A DNA stretch of 12,655 nt from Elysia marginata (Eukaryota): assembly GCA_019649035.1 (NCBI GenBank), contig BMAT01003344.1, positions 6,953 through 19,607 on the forward strand, read 5' to 3'. The position numbers and the translations under genes were made by a program. Positions 1 to 9,669 of this stretch are shown one piece after another. The notes below the pieces were generated by a model that was not told where the DNA came from, searched no databases, and saw only the letters and a program-made list of their open reading frames with translations. The stretch's first letter is position 1; every line of letters begins with the position of its first letter.

Positions 1-82
1 TAGACCCACAGACGTTCCCGTCATACTCACGCATTGCTGCTTAAAGTTAAAGTCTGTATTGTTAATTGTAAGACCTATGTGT

Positions 83-1035
83 AAGCATAATAAGTCGAAG
101 GTTCGAATCATACTAAGGCACACATTTCGGGCATTTCCACTAAAAAGCCTACCTCTCTCCACTGCCAATTTCATACCTTTATATTAATATTTCAATCATT
201 TGATTGCGCAGTGGCTGCCTCCACTATTTATTCTGATCTCTAGATCTATAATTCATATGAGGCATGTACCTTAAATGTTATCGTTCGTTTTCTGTGTTTG
301 TTGTTTATGGCTAAGTGTTGTTGTGCTTCCGGATTTAAATGGTTGCCTTTGGTGCGATTTGGATCTTCCCGTTCAAGTAAGCGAGTCGCTTAGGGAGGCT
401 AGGCAAGAACCTTTGCTATGAAACTTCTTTTAGCAAATTAGCGTACAGTGGTGACATGGTTTAAGCTATGTTTCTCCAAGTGGCAAGGCGGTGGGTGCCG
501 AAGCATCTGTAATTCGAAGGTTCGAATCATACTAAACTAAAGGCAGACATTTTGGGCATTTCTACTAAAAAGCCTACTTCTCTCCACTGCTATTTTTCAT
601 ACCTTTATAATATTTCAATCATTTGATTGCGCAGTGACTGCCTCCACTATTTATTCTGATCTCTAGATCTATAATTCATATGAGGCATACCTTAAATGTT
701 ATCGTTCGTTCTCTGTGTTTGTTGTTTATGGCTAAGTGTTGGTGTGCTTCCAGATTTAAATGGTTGCCTTTGGTGCGATTTGGATCTTCCCGTTCAAGTA
801 AGCGAGTCCCTCAGAGAGGCTGGGCAAGAACATTTGCCATGAAACTCCTTTTTAAGGAGCGTAGTGGCGACATGGTTTAAGCTATGTTTCTCTAAGTGGC
901 AAGGCAGTGGGTGCCGAAGCATCTAAGTCGAAGGTTCAAATTACACTAAAGGCAGACATTTCGGGCATTTCCACTAAAAAGCCTAAAGTACTCCTCTCCA
1001 CTGCCAATTTCATACCTTTATAATATTTCAACTCT
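83..1035. repeat. Satellite-like tandem repeat, unit ~417 bp, about 2.3 copies. Copy 1 is ~83-500, copy 2 ~501-916, and a partial copy 3 ~917-1035. Copies are roughly 90% identical.
   Basis: Direct reading: the motif aagcat..aagtcgaaggttcgaatcatactaa..ggcagacatttcgggcatttccactaaaaagcct..ctccactgc..catacctttata..tttcaatcatttgattgcgcagtg.ctgcctccactatttattctgatctctagatctataattcatatgaggcat... recurs at 83, 501 and 917, giving a period of 416-418 bp. The third copy diverges after ~1035. Confidence 0.85.
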
Positions 1036-2018
1036 TTTACAGCTGCGTCTTACGGTTCTAATACCCTTTCTCTGACGAAATCAAGCTATCGGTATTGATA
1101 TATTTCTATAGTCCTCGCAAAGTCTCAAGGGATCCCCATTGTTCAAGAGTGCATCATTTTGGCATATATAAATCCAGTTTGGTTCATGAGATCATTGCCC
1201 ATCTTACAGTAGCAGGATTTCTACATTGGAGTGCCATTGTTCAATTGGTTTAATGATTTTTATTTTTAAAAATTCTCACTATCCTTATTTTGCAATTTAA
1301 GTTAAAACTATTAGAGCCATGTTTCATTACACAGACCCTTTGTTTCTGAAATAAGTAAAAATGATAAAATAAGATAATAACTTTTTAAACTGTGAAATTG
1401 AAGCTTAGAAGTAGCTATGGTGGCACCCCTCTGTGGAAATACTTCCCTTTTTTGTGTAATAGAAAAAACTATTCAATGCATTCAGATCCATCATTTTCTC
1501 AATTGATAAGAAAGAAATATTAAGCATGATAAAAATCTATATATGAAATAATTAGCAAATGAGTTAAAAACATCATACAAGATCCTACCTGTAGCCAATT
1601 ATTTGAAAACTAGAAACAATGAGATTTGCCATTAAAATTGCTAGCACCATGGCATATTACATTGCTCAATGTTACATTTTACAAAGCCTGCTACACCTTA
1701 CTTAATAATAAATTTTTAAATTCTTAACCTACTTAGATTTTGGTGAATAAAATCATTTGCATTGACAATATAGGGACCTATAGAGTGAGTGAGTGACAGT
1801 TTTAATTTGCATTGATCAAGACATAAACCTTTTAGAAAAGCAGCCGTAAGATAATTGACTACGCTCTAGACGCCCACAGAATCAAAGTCAATTCAAACTC
1901 TGTACACCAGGCTAATCTAATTCCTAATTTGTTATAATTTTATTTTACTATAAAAAAATTTTGGCCTAGAGAGGCTCAGATTATAATTGACTGCTGCATA
2001 ATTTTTTCCATCCATTAT

Positions 2019-2068
2019 AAATGAATTAATAAATTCATTGCCATGAAATGAATTTCAAGCTTGAAATT
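2019..2068. repeat. Cluster of short direct and inverted repeats. AAATGAATT occurs at 2019-2027 and 2046-2054. Its inverted partner AATTCATT is at 2032-2039. An 18-bp perfect palindrome AATTTCAAGCTTGAAATT lies at 2051-2068.
   Basis: Read directly from the sequence. The 18-mer equals its own reverse complement. The cluster lies ~350-400 bp upstream of the predicted start codon. Confidence 0.7.
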
Positions 2069-2170
2069 TTATAATGATCGAAAACTCATTGATAAATTTG
2101 ATGAACACAACCACTTTTTCAGATGTGCACATTTGTAAGGTCAGGAAATAAATATCATTGCATTGTGTTT

Positions 2171-2188
2171 CTACTACTACTACTACAA

Positions 2189-2223
<35 letters not shown>

Positions 2224-2251
2224 ACGGCTGCTGCTGCTGCTCCTCCTCCTC

Positions 2252-2291
<40 letters not shown>

Positions 2292-2313
2292 AACTACTAT
2301 TACTACTACTACA
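2171..2313. repeat. Compound imperfect trinucleotide microsatellite (CTA)n(CTG)n(CTC)n(CTA)n, ~48 triplets.
   Basis: Direct reading: ctactactactactacaacta...ctgctgctgctgctgctacggctgctgctgctgctcctcctcctcctactacta... The long + and - ORFs across this interval (poly-L, poly-T, poly-V, poly-S translations) are artefacts of the repeat. Confidence 0.95.
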
Positions 2314-2361
2314 GAATTTATCTTGAAAGAATGTAATAGTATTGCATAATAACTTGAAGAA

Positions 2362-2367
2362 TATAAA
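2362..2367 (+). promoter_or_regulatory. Candidate TATA box (TATAAA) ~55 bp upstream of the predicted initiator ATG.
   Basis: Sequence gaaTATAAAtg at 2359-2369. Its position fits a short 5'UTR, but no transcript evidence is available. Confidence 0.2.
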
Positions 2368-2421
2368 TGATTCACAAGCAAATTTGCTACTTCTAGTTTC
2401 AGCTTTTGATTGGTAATCAAC

Positions 2422-2527
2422 ATGTCCAAGAAACAAGATTTACATTTAAAGAATTCCCTGCTGGATCAGTGGTCCAAATCCAAGGGATCAAGCCAAGGCT
2501 TATCAGGACACCTGACTCTCACCTCAA
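2422..2527 (+). CDS. TEP1: TEP1-like gene, predicted exon 1 (start codon at 2422). Encodes MSKKQDLHLKNSLLDQWSKSKGSSQGLSGHLTLTS and ends in phase 1.
   Basis: This is the first in-frame ATG after a TGA at 2407, with A at -3. The open frame runs to the donor a|GTATGA at 2528. The dangling single nucleotide (phase 1) exactly matches the phase needed by the next exon, whose first two nucleotides complete a codon (AGT = Ser). The S-rich composition continues into exon 2. An upstream non-coding exon is not excluded. Confidence 0.5.
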
Positions 2528-3379
2528 GTATGATCTGTACTTTTGTATTCTTCTATCAGTTTTATTTTAGTGAATTGTTAAAATGAAAGCACATAATGAT
2601 GTAGTCTATGAGTACAACTGTAGTGTATGGGATATAAGTGGAAGAATGAGATTGACAGAATGAAAGGAGAGTGTCACTCCTTTGTGTTGGTTAGTTTAAA
2701 GTGACTTTCTTTGTTATGTTTCTCCTGTTCCGGTTCCTGTGTTTTTACATTGTTCTGCTGTAGTCAAACTGGTTGGAATAAAACAATGTCCTAATCTTCT
2801 GTCATCTTCGAGTTCTTTATGTTGTATAATTTGCCACCAGTAAAAAAAACCCAGTGCCTCTCATATAATTACAAAAAATGATGGCAACTGTTCCTAATTT
2901 TGTTTGTTCTGAGTCCAAAGGCTCAAGAATAAAATCATTGCCGATCACCCCTTCCTCAAAAGAAAAAAAAACCAACAAAAATGCAAATATGAAAATGTTA
3001 CTAAAAACAAAAAAAACAACCAATTTTAAGGCAAATTGGTTCAGTTTTCTGAAGTATATTAGCTAAAATACAAGTCTTTTTACTTTGAAACATATTTTTC
3101 CACATTACATGATACTAACAAGAGTCATGCATGTCCATCAGGTTAAACATTGTAGAAAGTAAGGCTTTCCTTTATTATTTAAAACTGTAAGAATGCATCA
3201 TCGCATAATTCAAATCTTGCGCATTAAGCTTCTTCTTCTTTTTCCCCTCAATTACTTCTACTGCTTCTTAAATCAATGCTGTGAACAGTTTTATGTAAAA
3301 ACAATCATAAAGCTTGCAATGCTTCTCTGCAAATCTGAGAAGTTTGTCATTCGACCAAATATTTTTGTTCCATTTTCAG

Positions 3380-4002
3380 GTTTATTGAAGCCGAACACCA
3401 AATCCTCACTAAATACAGAAGATGCCAAATCAAAATTAAGTTTGTCTTCAACGGTCCTCAGTTTGTCAACAAGTGGCAGCAGTTCTGCTTTGTTTTCCTC
3501 CCATGGATCTCTAAATTTACAAAGTTCCAGTTTGCTTCAGCAATATACTTTGAGCAACCCACTCCTAAGCACCTCCTACATTAAAAAAGATTCAACAGGA
3601 AGCTCTGCTCCAAGCAAGTCATCTTTATCTTCCACCCTTTCTCGCCTGACTTTGAAGCCTGAAACATCAAGCAAGAATATCTTTGGTAGTGTGGAAAAAA
3701 AGTATGCAACACCAACCTCAAATATTTCTCAGCGAGCTAGCCCTGCAAAGTCACTGTCTAGGAAGAGGGTGCTAAAAGGTGAAGGGTTAGTCCTGAAAAA
3801 AAAGGTTGTGGAAGGGAAAGATTATGAAGCAACAGCATTGGTGGTTAAACGGCATACTGTCAAACCACCAGATTACACCATCAGAAGTGACCGCGAGGAT
3901 GAATTTAAAATCGTAAACCAGTCAAAGTTTTACGTGGCAACATTAGAAGTGCAATCTAAAACAGGAGTTGGGAAGTCTCTAGCAGATGTTACTGCTATGA
4001 AG
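3380..4002 (+). CDS. TEP1: TEP1-like exon 2. Encodes a long Ser/Thr/Lys-rich low-complexity region (LLKPNTKSSLNTEDAKSKLSLSSTVLSLSTSGSSSALFSS...) followed by ...KDYEATALVVKRHTVKPPDYTIRSDREDEFKIVNQSKFYVATLEVQSKTGVGKSLADVTAMK.
   Basis: Acceptor is ccattttcAG|g at 3378-3379, preceded by a polypyrimidine tract. An open frame of 208 codons in AT-rich DNA runs from there to the donor AAG|GTAAAT at 4003. The frame is phase-compatible with exon 1 and exon 3. Confidence 0.75.
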
Positions 4003-4720
4003 GTAAATCACAAATGAGAAAAGTTTTAAATTGTCTCTCTGTATCATTTTTTTCTTCCATTAATGCTTGACTATAGGGTGTGCAATTTAAGTTATTTAAA
4101 GTAAATAACAAGAGTTTTGACACCATTATTATTGAAATGGTAAATATTACATTAGCTCTTGGGGACACAAACAGACTGCAATAAATAACATACATGAGAG
4201 ATAAAAATTGCAATGCGCTATTCATTACAGAACGAGTGTGCTTCAGTACTACGTGACAAATTACAATGAAATTGCAAAGAATTACATGCTATAAAAAATG
4301 GCATAGGTAACAAAGTACAAGATAAGGGATATAATTGTGGCATTTATGAATTATTGGCTCAAATGGATTTTAGCTTACACATTATTAGAAGAAAAGTTTA
4401 TGTTCTTAATGTTAATAGTTATATATTGCTAATTATTGTATAGATAAGTTCACAGCTTATTTGGTTTTATAAATGTACCTGTATGCCAAAGCAAGAATTT
4501 TATGAAATACAAAAAGTTCAGGTTACACATCTTATAAACATCCGCATTCCAGTACATTTGGGATCTTGCCGCTGATAGTGCACTCAGTTTCCCACCGCTG
4601 CTTTGGAGTTATGATAAAAAGTTGATCATAAATGTTTCTACACACACACAAATTAAGATATCAAACCATTGCTTTTGCTTATAGTTAAAATATAAAAAAA
4701 ACCATTTAAGTTAGCATGTC

Positions 4721-4863
4721 TAAATTCTAATCTGTTTACAATGCATGATCATTTAAAGGACATCAAATGTATATTAATCTCTGACACAGCAAATTTAAAT
4801 TCTAACCTGTTTACAATGCATGATCATTTAAGGGTTATCAAATGTATATTTACCTCTGATACT
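4721..4863. repeat. Tandem duplication, two copies of a ~75-bp unit (taaattctaa[t/c]ctgtttacaatgcatgatcatttaa.gg..atcaaatgtatatt...ctctga.ac), ~93% identical.
   Basis: Direct reading: copy 1 is 4721-4795 and copy 2 is 4796-4863. Lies in intron 2 of the TEP1-like gene. Confidence 0.85.
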
Positions 4864-5528
4864 GATGGATCAAGAGTCAAGCTAGACTCACAAGTATTCA
4901 CCAACATTTTGATTTAAGGTCTGACTGGAGAACTTGGAGAATAAATGAGTTGAGGCTTGATCTAGCTCTCCCTTCTCTCAGTGAGAGAATGAGAATCGAT
5001 TTCTATTTAATTATTACACATAGGAGCAGTACTGTTAACTAAAGGTGAATACCTGTTGCTAGCTTGCCTGCTGGATTGCGAGTGAAACTTAAACTTTCTG
5101 ATCCTAAGTTGATTTTTAAGGCTAAAGTGCTTGTTGAAGCATTGTGGGAAAATGTCTACAATCTCAAATGTTGGGAATTTCCTGGACTGCATAAATGTTA
5201 TCACTTCTTAAAGGGCAGCGTTGCAAGTTACTAACATATCATAGGACATTAAAGAATTACTAACCATGACAATTGTTAACCCCATTTTACAAAGTATTGT
5301 AAAGACAAATATATATTCAAGAAGTCTTATTCCTCTTCTTCAAAGTGGATCCTTGATGGATGTTGCCTCCCTCACAAACTGTTAGAATTTCTGTCCGTCA
5401 TACACTCTTGAACCCTGTATCAGTTGTTATTTTCAGCCTTTCTGCAATATCTTGCTGCCATCATGTTTTAGGTCTTCCCTGGCCCTGCTATGCTCTACTG
5501 CGCCCTCCATGCATAATATCTCTCAATT

Positions 5529-6207
5529 CTAATAAGTCCAGCTGTTTGTCTGGTTTACGAGTTGTCTATTTTCCATGTCAAAGCGTTTTTGAATATTTTT
5601 GTTGCTTTTTTTTAACTGTCCATATAGCTCTAAAAATTTTTGGTAATATTTGATTTCAAAAGCCTGGATTGTTTTTTCATGTTTTTGCAGGAGTCCTTGT
5701 CTTGTAAATGTATGATAAGTGGCAACTGGGAATATACATGACTCTATAATTTTCAGCTTTAGGGGTCCTGATTGACTCTTCCAGAGTATCACCAGTTTCT
5801 TCAACCTGATTATCGCGGTGGCCAATCTTCTTCTGGTCTCTGTCGTATGTTTCACATTTGCGTTGAATTTTGCGCCAAGATAAATGAAGATAATGACATT
5901 CTCGATCTCTTCACTGTCCACCCAAATTTGCAAGCTGGAACTTTATTCAGAAACCGTGATATTGCTTATCTTTGCATGTAGAAAAAGGCCCATTACTTCG
6001 CTGTGTTTTTTCACTGATTGCATTTAGACCATCTGTTGTATAGGACATTAGGACTATGTAGTCTGAATAATGTAGCTCATGGATTTCATGACCATGAATT
6101 TTTATTGAGTCCGATTTCTTCTCTGTTGAGTCCTCCTCAGTCTTTCGCATGGTTGTCTCTGTGTACAAACTGAAAATTGCCAGAGAGAAAATGTCGTTCT
6201 GTTGCAT
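5529..6207 (-). mobile_element. Degenerate non-LTR retrotransposon (LINE, CR1/L2/RTE-like) reverse-transcriptase C-terminal fragment, with frame breaks. Boundaries are uncertain; it may extend to ~5360 and ~6350.
   Basis: Minus-strand ORF 5947..6207 contains YSDYIVLMSYTTDGLNAISEKTQ, a decayed YADD..L.S.T.EGLQ RT motif. Minus-strand ORF 5529..5933 contains FIYLGAKF...RRRLATAI..LKKL..LWKS...L.LKIIESCIFPVATYHTFT...LLQKHEKTIQAFEIKYYQKFLEL. This parallels the conserved LINE ORF2 tail FKYLG...RI..A..AF..L...W.S..L....KI.....V..LLYG.ETWT....KKLE.FH..CLRRIL.I. Located in intron 2 of the TEP1-like gene, antisense to it. Confidence 0.55.
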
Positions 6208-6446
6208 TGCCTTTTTTTATACCTCAGATCAATTGCTTAGGCCCTGTTCTACCTTAAGGCTGCTTGTTGCTCTTTGTATAGATCAAGAATCAAATTTATT
6301 ATTTTATGATGGCATTGAAATACTTGAAGAAATAAATCAGATATAGCTTGAATGATACAGATATGTCTTAATTTCATTTTAAGAAAAGAGTCAAGTATAA
6401 ACTAAATTTATCTGACTTATTTTTCGTTTTTATTTTGTCAACCCAG

Positions 6447-6581
6447 CGTGGCTTTATCAACTGTGTAAGTGGATCTTTAATTGCTCAACCAAACTTGTCT
6501 AACAAAGAAGACCCAACCAGACATCAGCTCTTATATCATGTGGGAACTGTTCAGCACTATGATCCAGAGTTTGTTCTCAAA
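6447..6581 (+). CDS. TEP1: TEP1-like exon 3: RGFINCVSGSLIAQPNLSNKEDPTRHQLLYHVGTVQHYDPEFVLK. This is the start of the TROVE domain.
   Basis: Acceptor tgtcaacccAG|cgt and donor AAA|GTAAGT. The YDPEFVLK ending, followed by VALY.R in the next exon, matches the ...EPEFILKASLYARQ... block of vertebrate TEP1. Confidence 0.8.
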
Positions 6582-6859
6582 GTAAGTAAATATGTTCACA
6601 TTATTATATAACAAAAAAAGTACTATCTCTTTGTTAGTATTTATTTAAGTTTCCAAGCCTCACACAAATCTCAGAATGTAAGAGTGTTATTTTATGATAT
6701 AGGCTAATTCTTTGTTATCATTACAATAAACATAACATTTGAGAAAAAAATCCTTCTGTAGTATCAGCAACACCTGAAACTCGCAAATTGAGTAATTTTT
6801 TTGGTCTAGAATTTGTGTTATTGTTTTTTAATTACTGTATTTTATATTCATTCTTTCAG

Positions 6860-7021
6860 GTGGCTTTGTACTGCAGGAAAGAACTGGGCATTCGGACAAC
6901 TTCCAACTTCCTCCTGGCACTTGCTGCTAACTTTGATTCTACTCGCCAATATCTCAAGAAATACTTTTGCGCTTCTATTGCCTTACCATCTGACTGGATT
7001 GAAGTGGCTCAAATTTTTCAG
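6860..7021 (+). CDS. TEP1: TEP1-like exon 4 (TROVE domain): VALYCRKELGIRTTSNFLLALAANFDSTRQYLKKYFCASIALPSDWIEVAQIFQ.
   Basis: Acceptor ttctttcAG|gtg and donor CAG|GTATAA. 54 in-frame codons. The motif RYFCA..LPSDWI.VA is a conserved TROVE-domain block of TEP1 (Ro60 is the more distant alternative). Confidence 0.9.
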
Positions 7022-7958
7022 GTATAATTTTCTCCTTTTTATCTGTTTAGTAATTATTTTGACTTATTGAAACACTGGCTTCTTTTCTGCATTTCCAGAT
7101 ATCAGAAAAACATAGCGCCAGGATTTTCACTTATTTTTAGAAAATTTGAGTGGCATCCCTGATATAAAACTCCCTCAAAGGTTAATTGTCTCTTAAAAGA
7201 AGAACTCTTGTCGTTCATAGTTTTGAATACTGTCACGGTAAGATTTGTTAAATGTATTGCCATCTTTACCTTTCTCCTGTAAAAAAAAAATGTATCTGAA
7301 TGAATATGTTCGGAAATATTGAATAATAGGTTCATAAAACATTTCTTAGGCCTCCCAGATAAATTTGATCACTTTGCCCACAGTCTTTTATGGAACTGTT
7401 TGATATATAGATCGGCAGAAGCTCAGCCGACTTGATTATTCAGTTACAACATTGGGTGTCACAGATTTGTTCCCCAGTTTAAGCAAAAGGTTTACCTTCT
7501 CCTAAGTGTCTATAAAACAAACAACAGTTAGCTAGGCTTATGAGGCTTAACATAATTAAAGGTGGATATCTCGTCCAAAAGCATGATTGTGCTACAAAAT
7601 TTTCCAAGTAAATTATGACTCTTCTTCTTGTGCCCCTACAATATAATGAATAAGATTAGACTCACTTAACCACTGATTCAATTGATTATGCTGCATAAGC
7701 TACCTATTCAATTGACACTCCCGCTCCCCCTCCTCCCCCTTTCCAAAAAACTTTGCTTTGCTTTATTCAATATCATATTTCAATTTGGCAACCAGTTGAA
7801 ATGGTGGAGAAAGCAAAAGTTTCTCTCATTATCTCTGACTGCTTGAAATTTTCAATTTTTTATTTGTCTCCTATATATCTTCTAGGCATCTGAAGCTGTC
7901 AATTCTTTTTAACCTAACATGGTTGCAGTATATTTATAAAGTTAAATATCATTTTCAG

Positions 7959-8055
7959 ACATTGGATGACAACAATCTGAAATTAGGATCTCTACCTGCT
8001 GCTCTGAGGAAGGCTATGATCATGAAGTTTACAGATTTTGACGAATATCAGCTTG
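7959..8055 (+). CDS. TEP1: TEP1-like exon 5: TLDDNNLKLGSLPAALRKAMIMKFTDFDEYQL, plus a dangling g (phase 1).
   Basis: Acceptor cattttcAG|aca and donor CTTg|GTTTGT. LPA.LR.AM..KF..FDEYQLAKYN is a recognisable TEP1 TROVE block. The AKYN is completed across the splice into exon 6. Confidence 0.9.
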
Positions 8056-8312
8056 GTTTGTTCTACTTTTGAAAAGGATTTCAATTCTATAAATAACCAA
8101 AGATTGACTTGACGGAGGGAGGGATTAAAATCAAATTAACAGTATAACCTACATTGCTTAAAATTAGTCTAATCAACTTTTAAACATGATTTCCAGTTTT
8201 TATTATCCATTTAAGTATTTGTAATTACATCTATTTTGTAGGCATAACCATTGGAGACATTAGTTCTGATAATTGAAAAAACATTGTCATGTTAATATAT
8301 GTTTTTTCACAG

Positions 8313-8506
8313 CCAAATACAACAAAGAAAGTTCTGGAAAAAAGAAAAAAGCTAAGGAAAAAAAAGCAGAAGCAGACAAAAAAGCAAAAGCAGTGACAAT
8401 GGCCAAAGGAAAAAGAAGTACCAACAGAGGAAAAAAGTTTTTTGAAAGTGATTCCAGTGATTCAGAAGATGAGAATGATCCAAGAAAAAAAGCTCCCTTT
8501 AGACAG
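8313..8506 (+). CDS. TEP1: TEP1-like exon 6: (A)KYNKESSGKKKKAKEKKAEADKKAKAVTMAKGKRSTNRGKKFFESDSSDSEDENDPRKKAPFRQ. A Lys/Glu-rich basic stretch is followed by an acidic serine cluster.
   Basis: Acceptor tttttcacAG|cc. g+cc forms GCC = Ala, restoring QLAKYN. Donor CAG|GTATAC at 8507. Open in frame. The antisense ORF 8287..8517 is rejected as an artefact. Confidence 0.85.
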
Positions 8507-9314
8507 GTATACCACATGTTCTATTTTTTTATAAATATAAATAATCATAAATTAATTGAATGCATGGAACAGGTGTTTTGAACTGGTATTATTATATACT
8601 GTATCACTTTAACTCATATGTTACAATTTTGTGCAGAATGGCGAAAAAAAAAATTCAAAGCAAAACTTTTCTCAATTTTTTAAACAGCTTTTTGCATCAA
8701 TTGTTTACAGTAGATTTACTTTAGTTGATTCCATATAATTTTATACCTTTAAGAAAATGTTAAAGATAATTTTTTGCCTGACTCACTTCAATAACCAGAA
8801 CATTCTGCTGTGTTTTTTTTTTGGCAAAATTGAATGAAACTGACAGGTCAATAGTGGTTCATCCATTTTGTTAATGAAGTAGAAACTCTGACCAAAGCCT
8901 TAATTCTTTTTTGTTGTTAAAGATTCTGTCTTGATGAGTTGATCTTCGCTTTATAAAACACAGGTTTAAGCTAAAAAAAAAAAGGCTGCACATGCAGTTG
9001 GTTTATTTGACTGTGATCAATGTGGGATCACCTCTTACTATCAAGATCTACACAAAAACTATCTGATGAGTTGTCTGTCTAACAATACTATATAAACACC
9101 ATTACACCTTTACCACAGTTTCTCTGTATTTTTATCCGGGTGTCTCTGCTAATTTGCAGTTCTTCATAGAATATGTAATTGGGATCATTATAGAATTAGC
9201 ACTACCTTCTCAGTGATCTGCCTAGTTGAATATTAAGCTGAAACTATTTTTATTGACTTAAAGAGGGGAGCTAATAACTTTAAAATTATGAACTAAAAGT
9301 TGTATAGTTAGTTA

Positions 9315-9390
9315 ACCCGTCCGCTGGGACGTCGAATGACGTCTCTGCCTGGGCGGATCTGTTCTGTGCTATGTCGCGAAGGTGGTCAAG
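9315..9390. other. Isolated GC/CpG-rich patch in an AT-rich intron. It carries two GACGTC palindromes (9328-9333 and 9338-9343, the second within a CRE-like TGACGTC) and a GGGCGG GC-box at 9351-9356.
   Basis: Direct reading of ccgtccgctggGACGTCgaatGACGTCtctgcctGGGCGGatctgttctgtgctatgtcgcgaaggtggtc. It contains at least 6 CpGs in ~75 bp, against a near CpG-free flank. Confidence 0.5.
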
Positions 9391-9669
9391 GTCATTAATT
9401 GAATGTAATCTAGTTGTATGCATAATGGTATTAATGGAAAGGCAAAAACGTCCTTGAAGATATTTTAATTTTGTTCCGGAGATTACATTTTTTTACATTG
9501 TACATTTTTATCATTTAATTAGTGCAAATTTCACCTCAATCCAACTACACACCAACTTAATAGTATTCAATTGTTTAATCTATTTAGAAAATGCACATAG
9601 TATGTGAAAATAATAATTCAGTACTGAAGAAATTGCCAATTTCTTGTACTGTTTCTTATGTCTTCCCAG

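Noticed and set aside
92-130. Possible tRNA gene suggested by the GGTTCGAATC T-loop consensus (also present at ~515 and ~935).
   Set aside because: No matching D-arm, anticodon arm or acceptor-stem complement could be found at the required spacing. At most it is a relic of a tRNA-derived repeat, so it is not annotated as a tRNA.
680-880. 66-aa ORF inside the 417-bp tandem repeat.
   Set aside because: It lies within a repeated satellite unit. The equivalent frame is broken in the other copies, and it has no coding-like composition or recognisable domain.
2055-2436. Four overlapping ORFs on both strands (124, 67, 93 and 63 aa) translating to poly-V, poly-L, poly-S and poly-T.
   Set aside because: They are wholly produced by the CTA/CTG/CTC microsatellite. 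Homopolymeric translations in every frame are a repeat artefact, not genes.
3193-3379. N-terminal part of the 274-aa ORF 3193..4017 (MHHRIIQILRIKLLLLFPLNYFYCF...).
   Set aside because: This stretch precedes a strong polypyrimidine/AG acceptor at 3378-3379. Unlike the downstream part it has non-coding-like composition. The gene phase is satisfied by splicing exon 1 (2422-2527) onto 3380.
5360-5653. 97-aa + strand ORF (…HVLGLPWPCYALLRPPCIISLNS…).
   Set aside because: It overlaps the antisense LINE relic and has no recognisable domain. It is most likely a chance ORF opposite the decayed transposon ORF2.
8287-8517. 76-aa ORF on the minus strand.
   Set aside because: It is antisense to the well-supported lysine/glutamate-rich exon 6. 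The low-complexity K/E codons give an open antisense frame by chance (poly-F/L/S).
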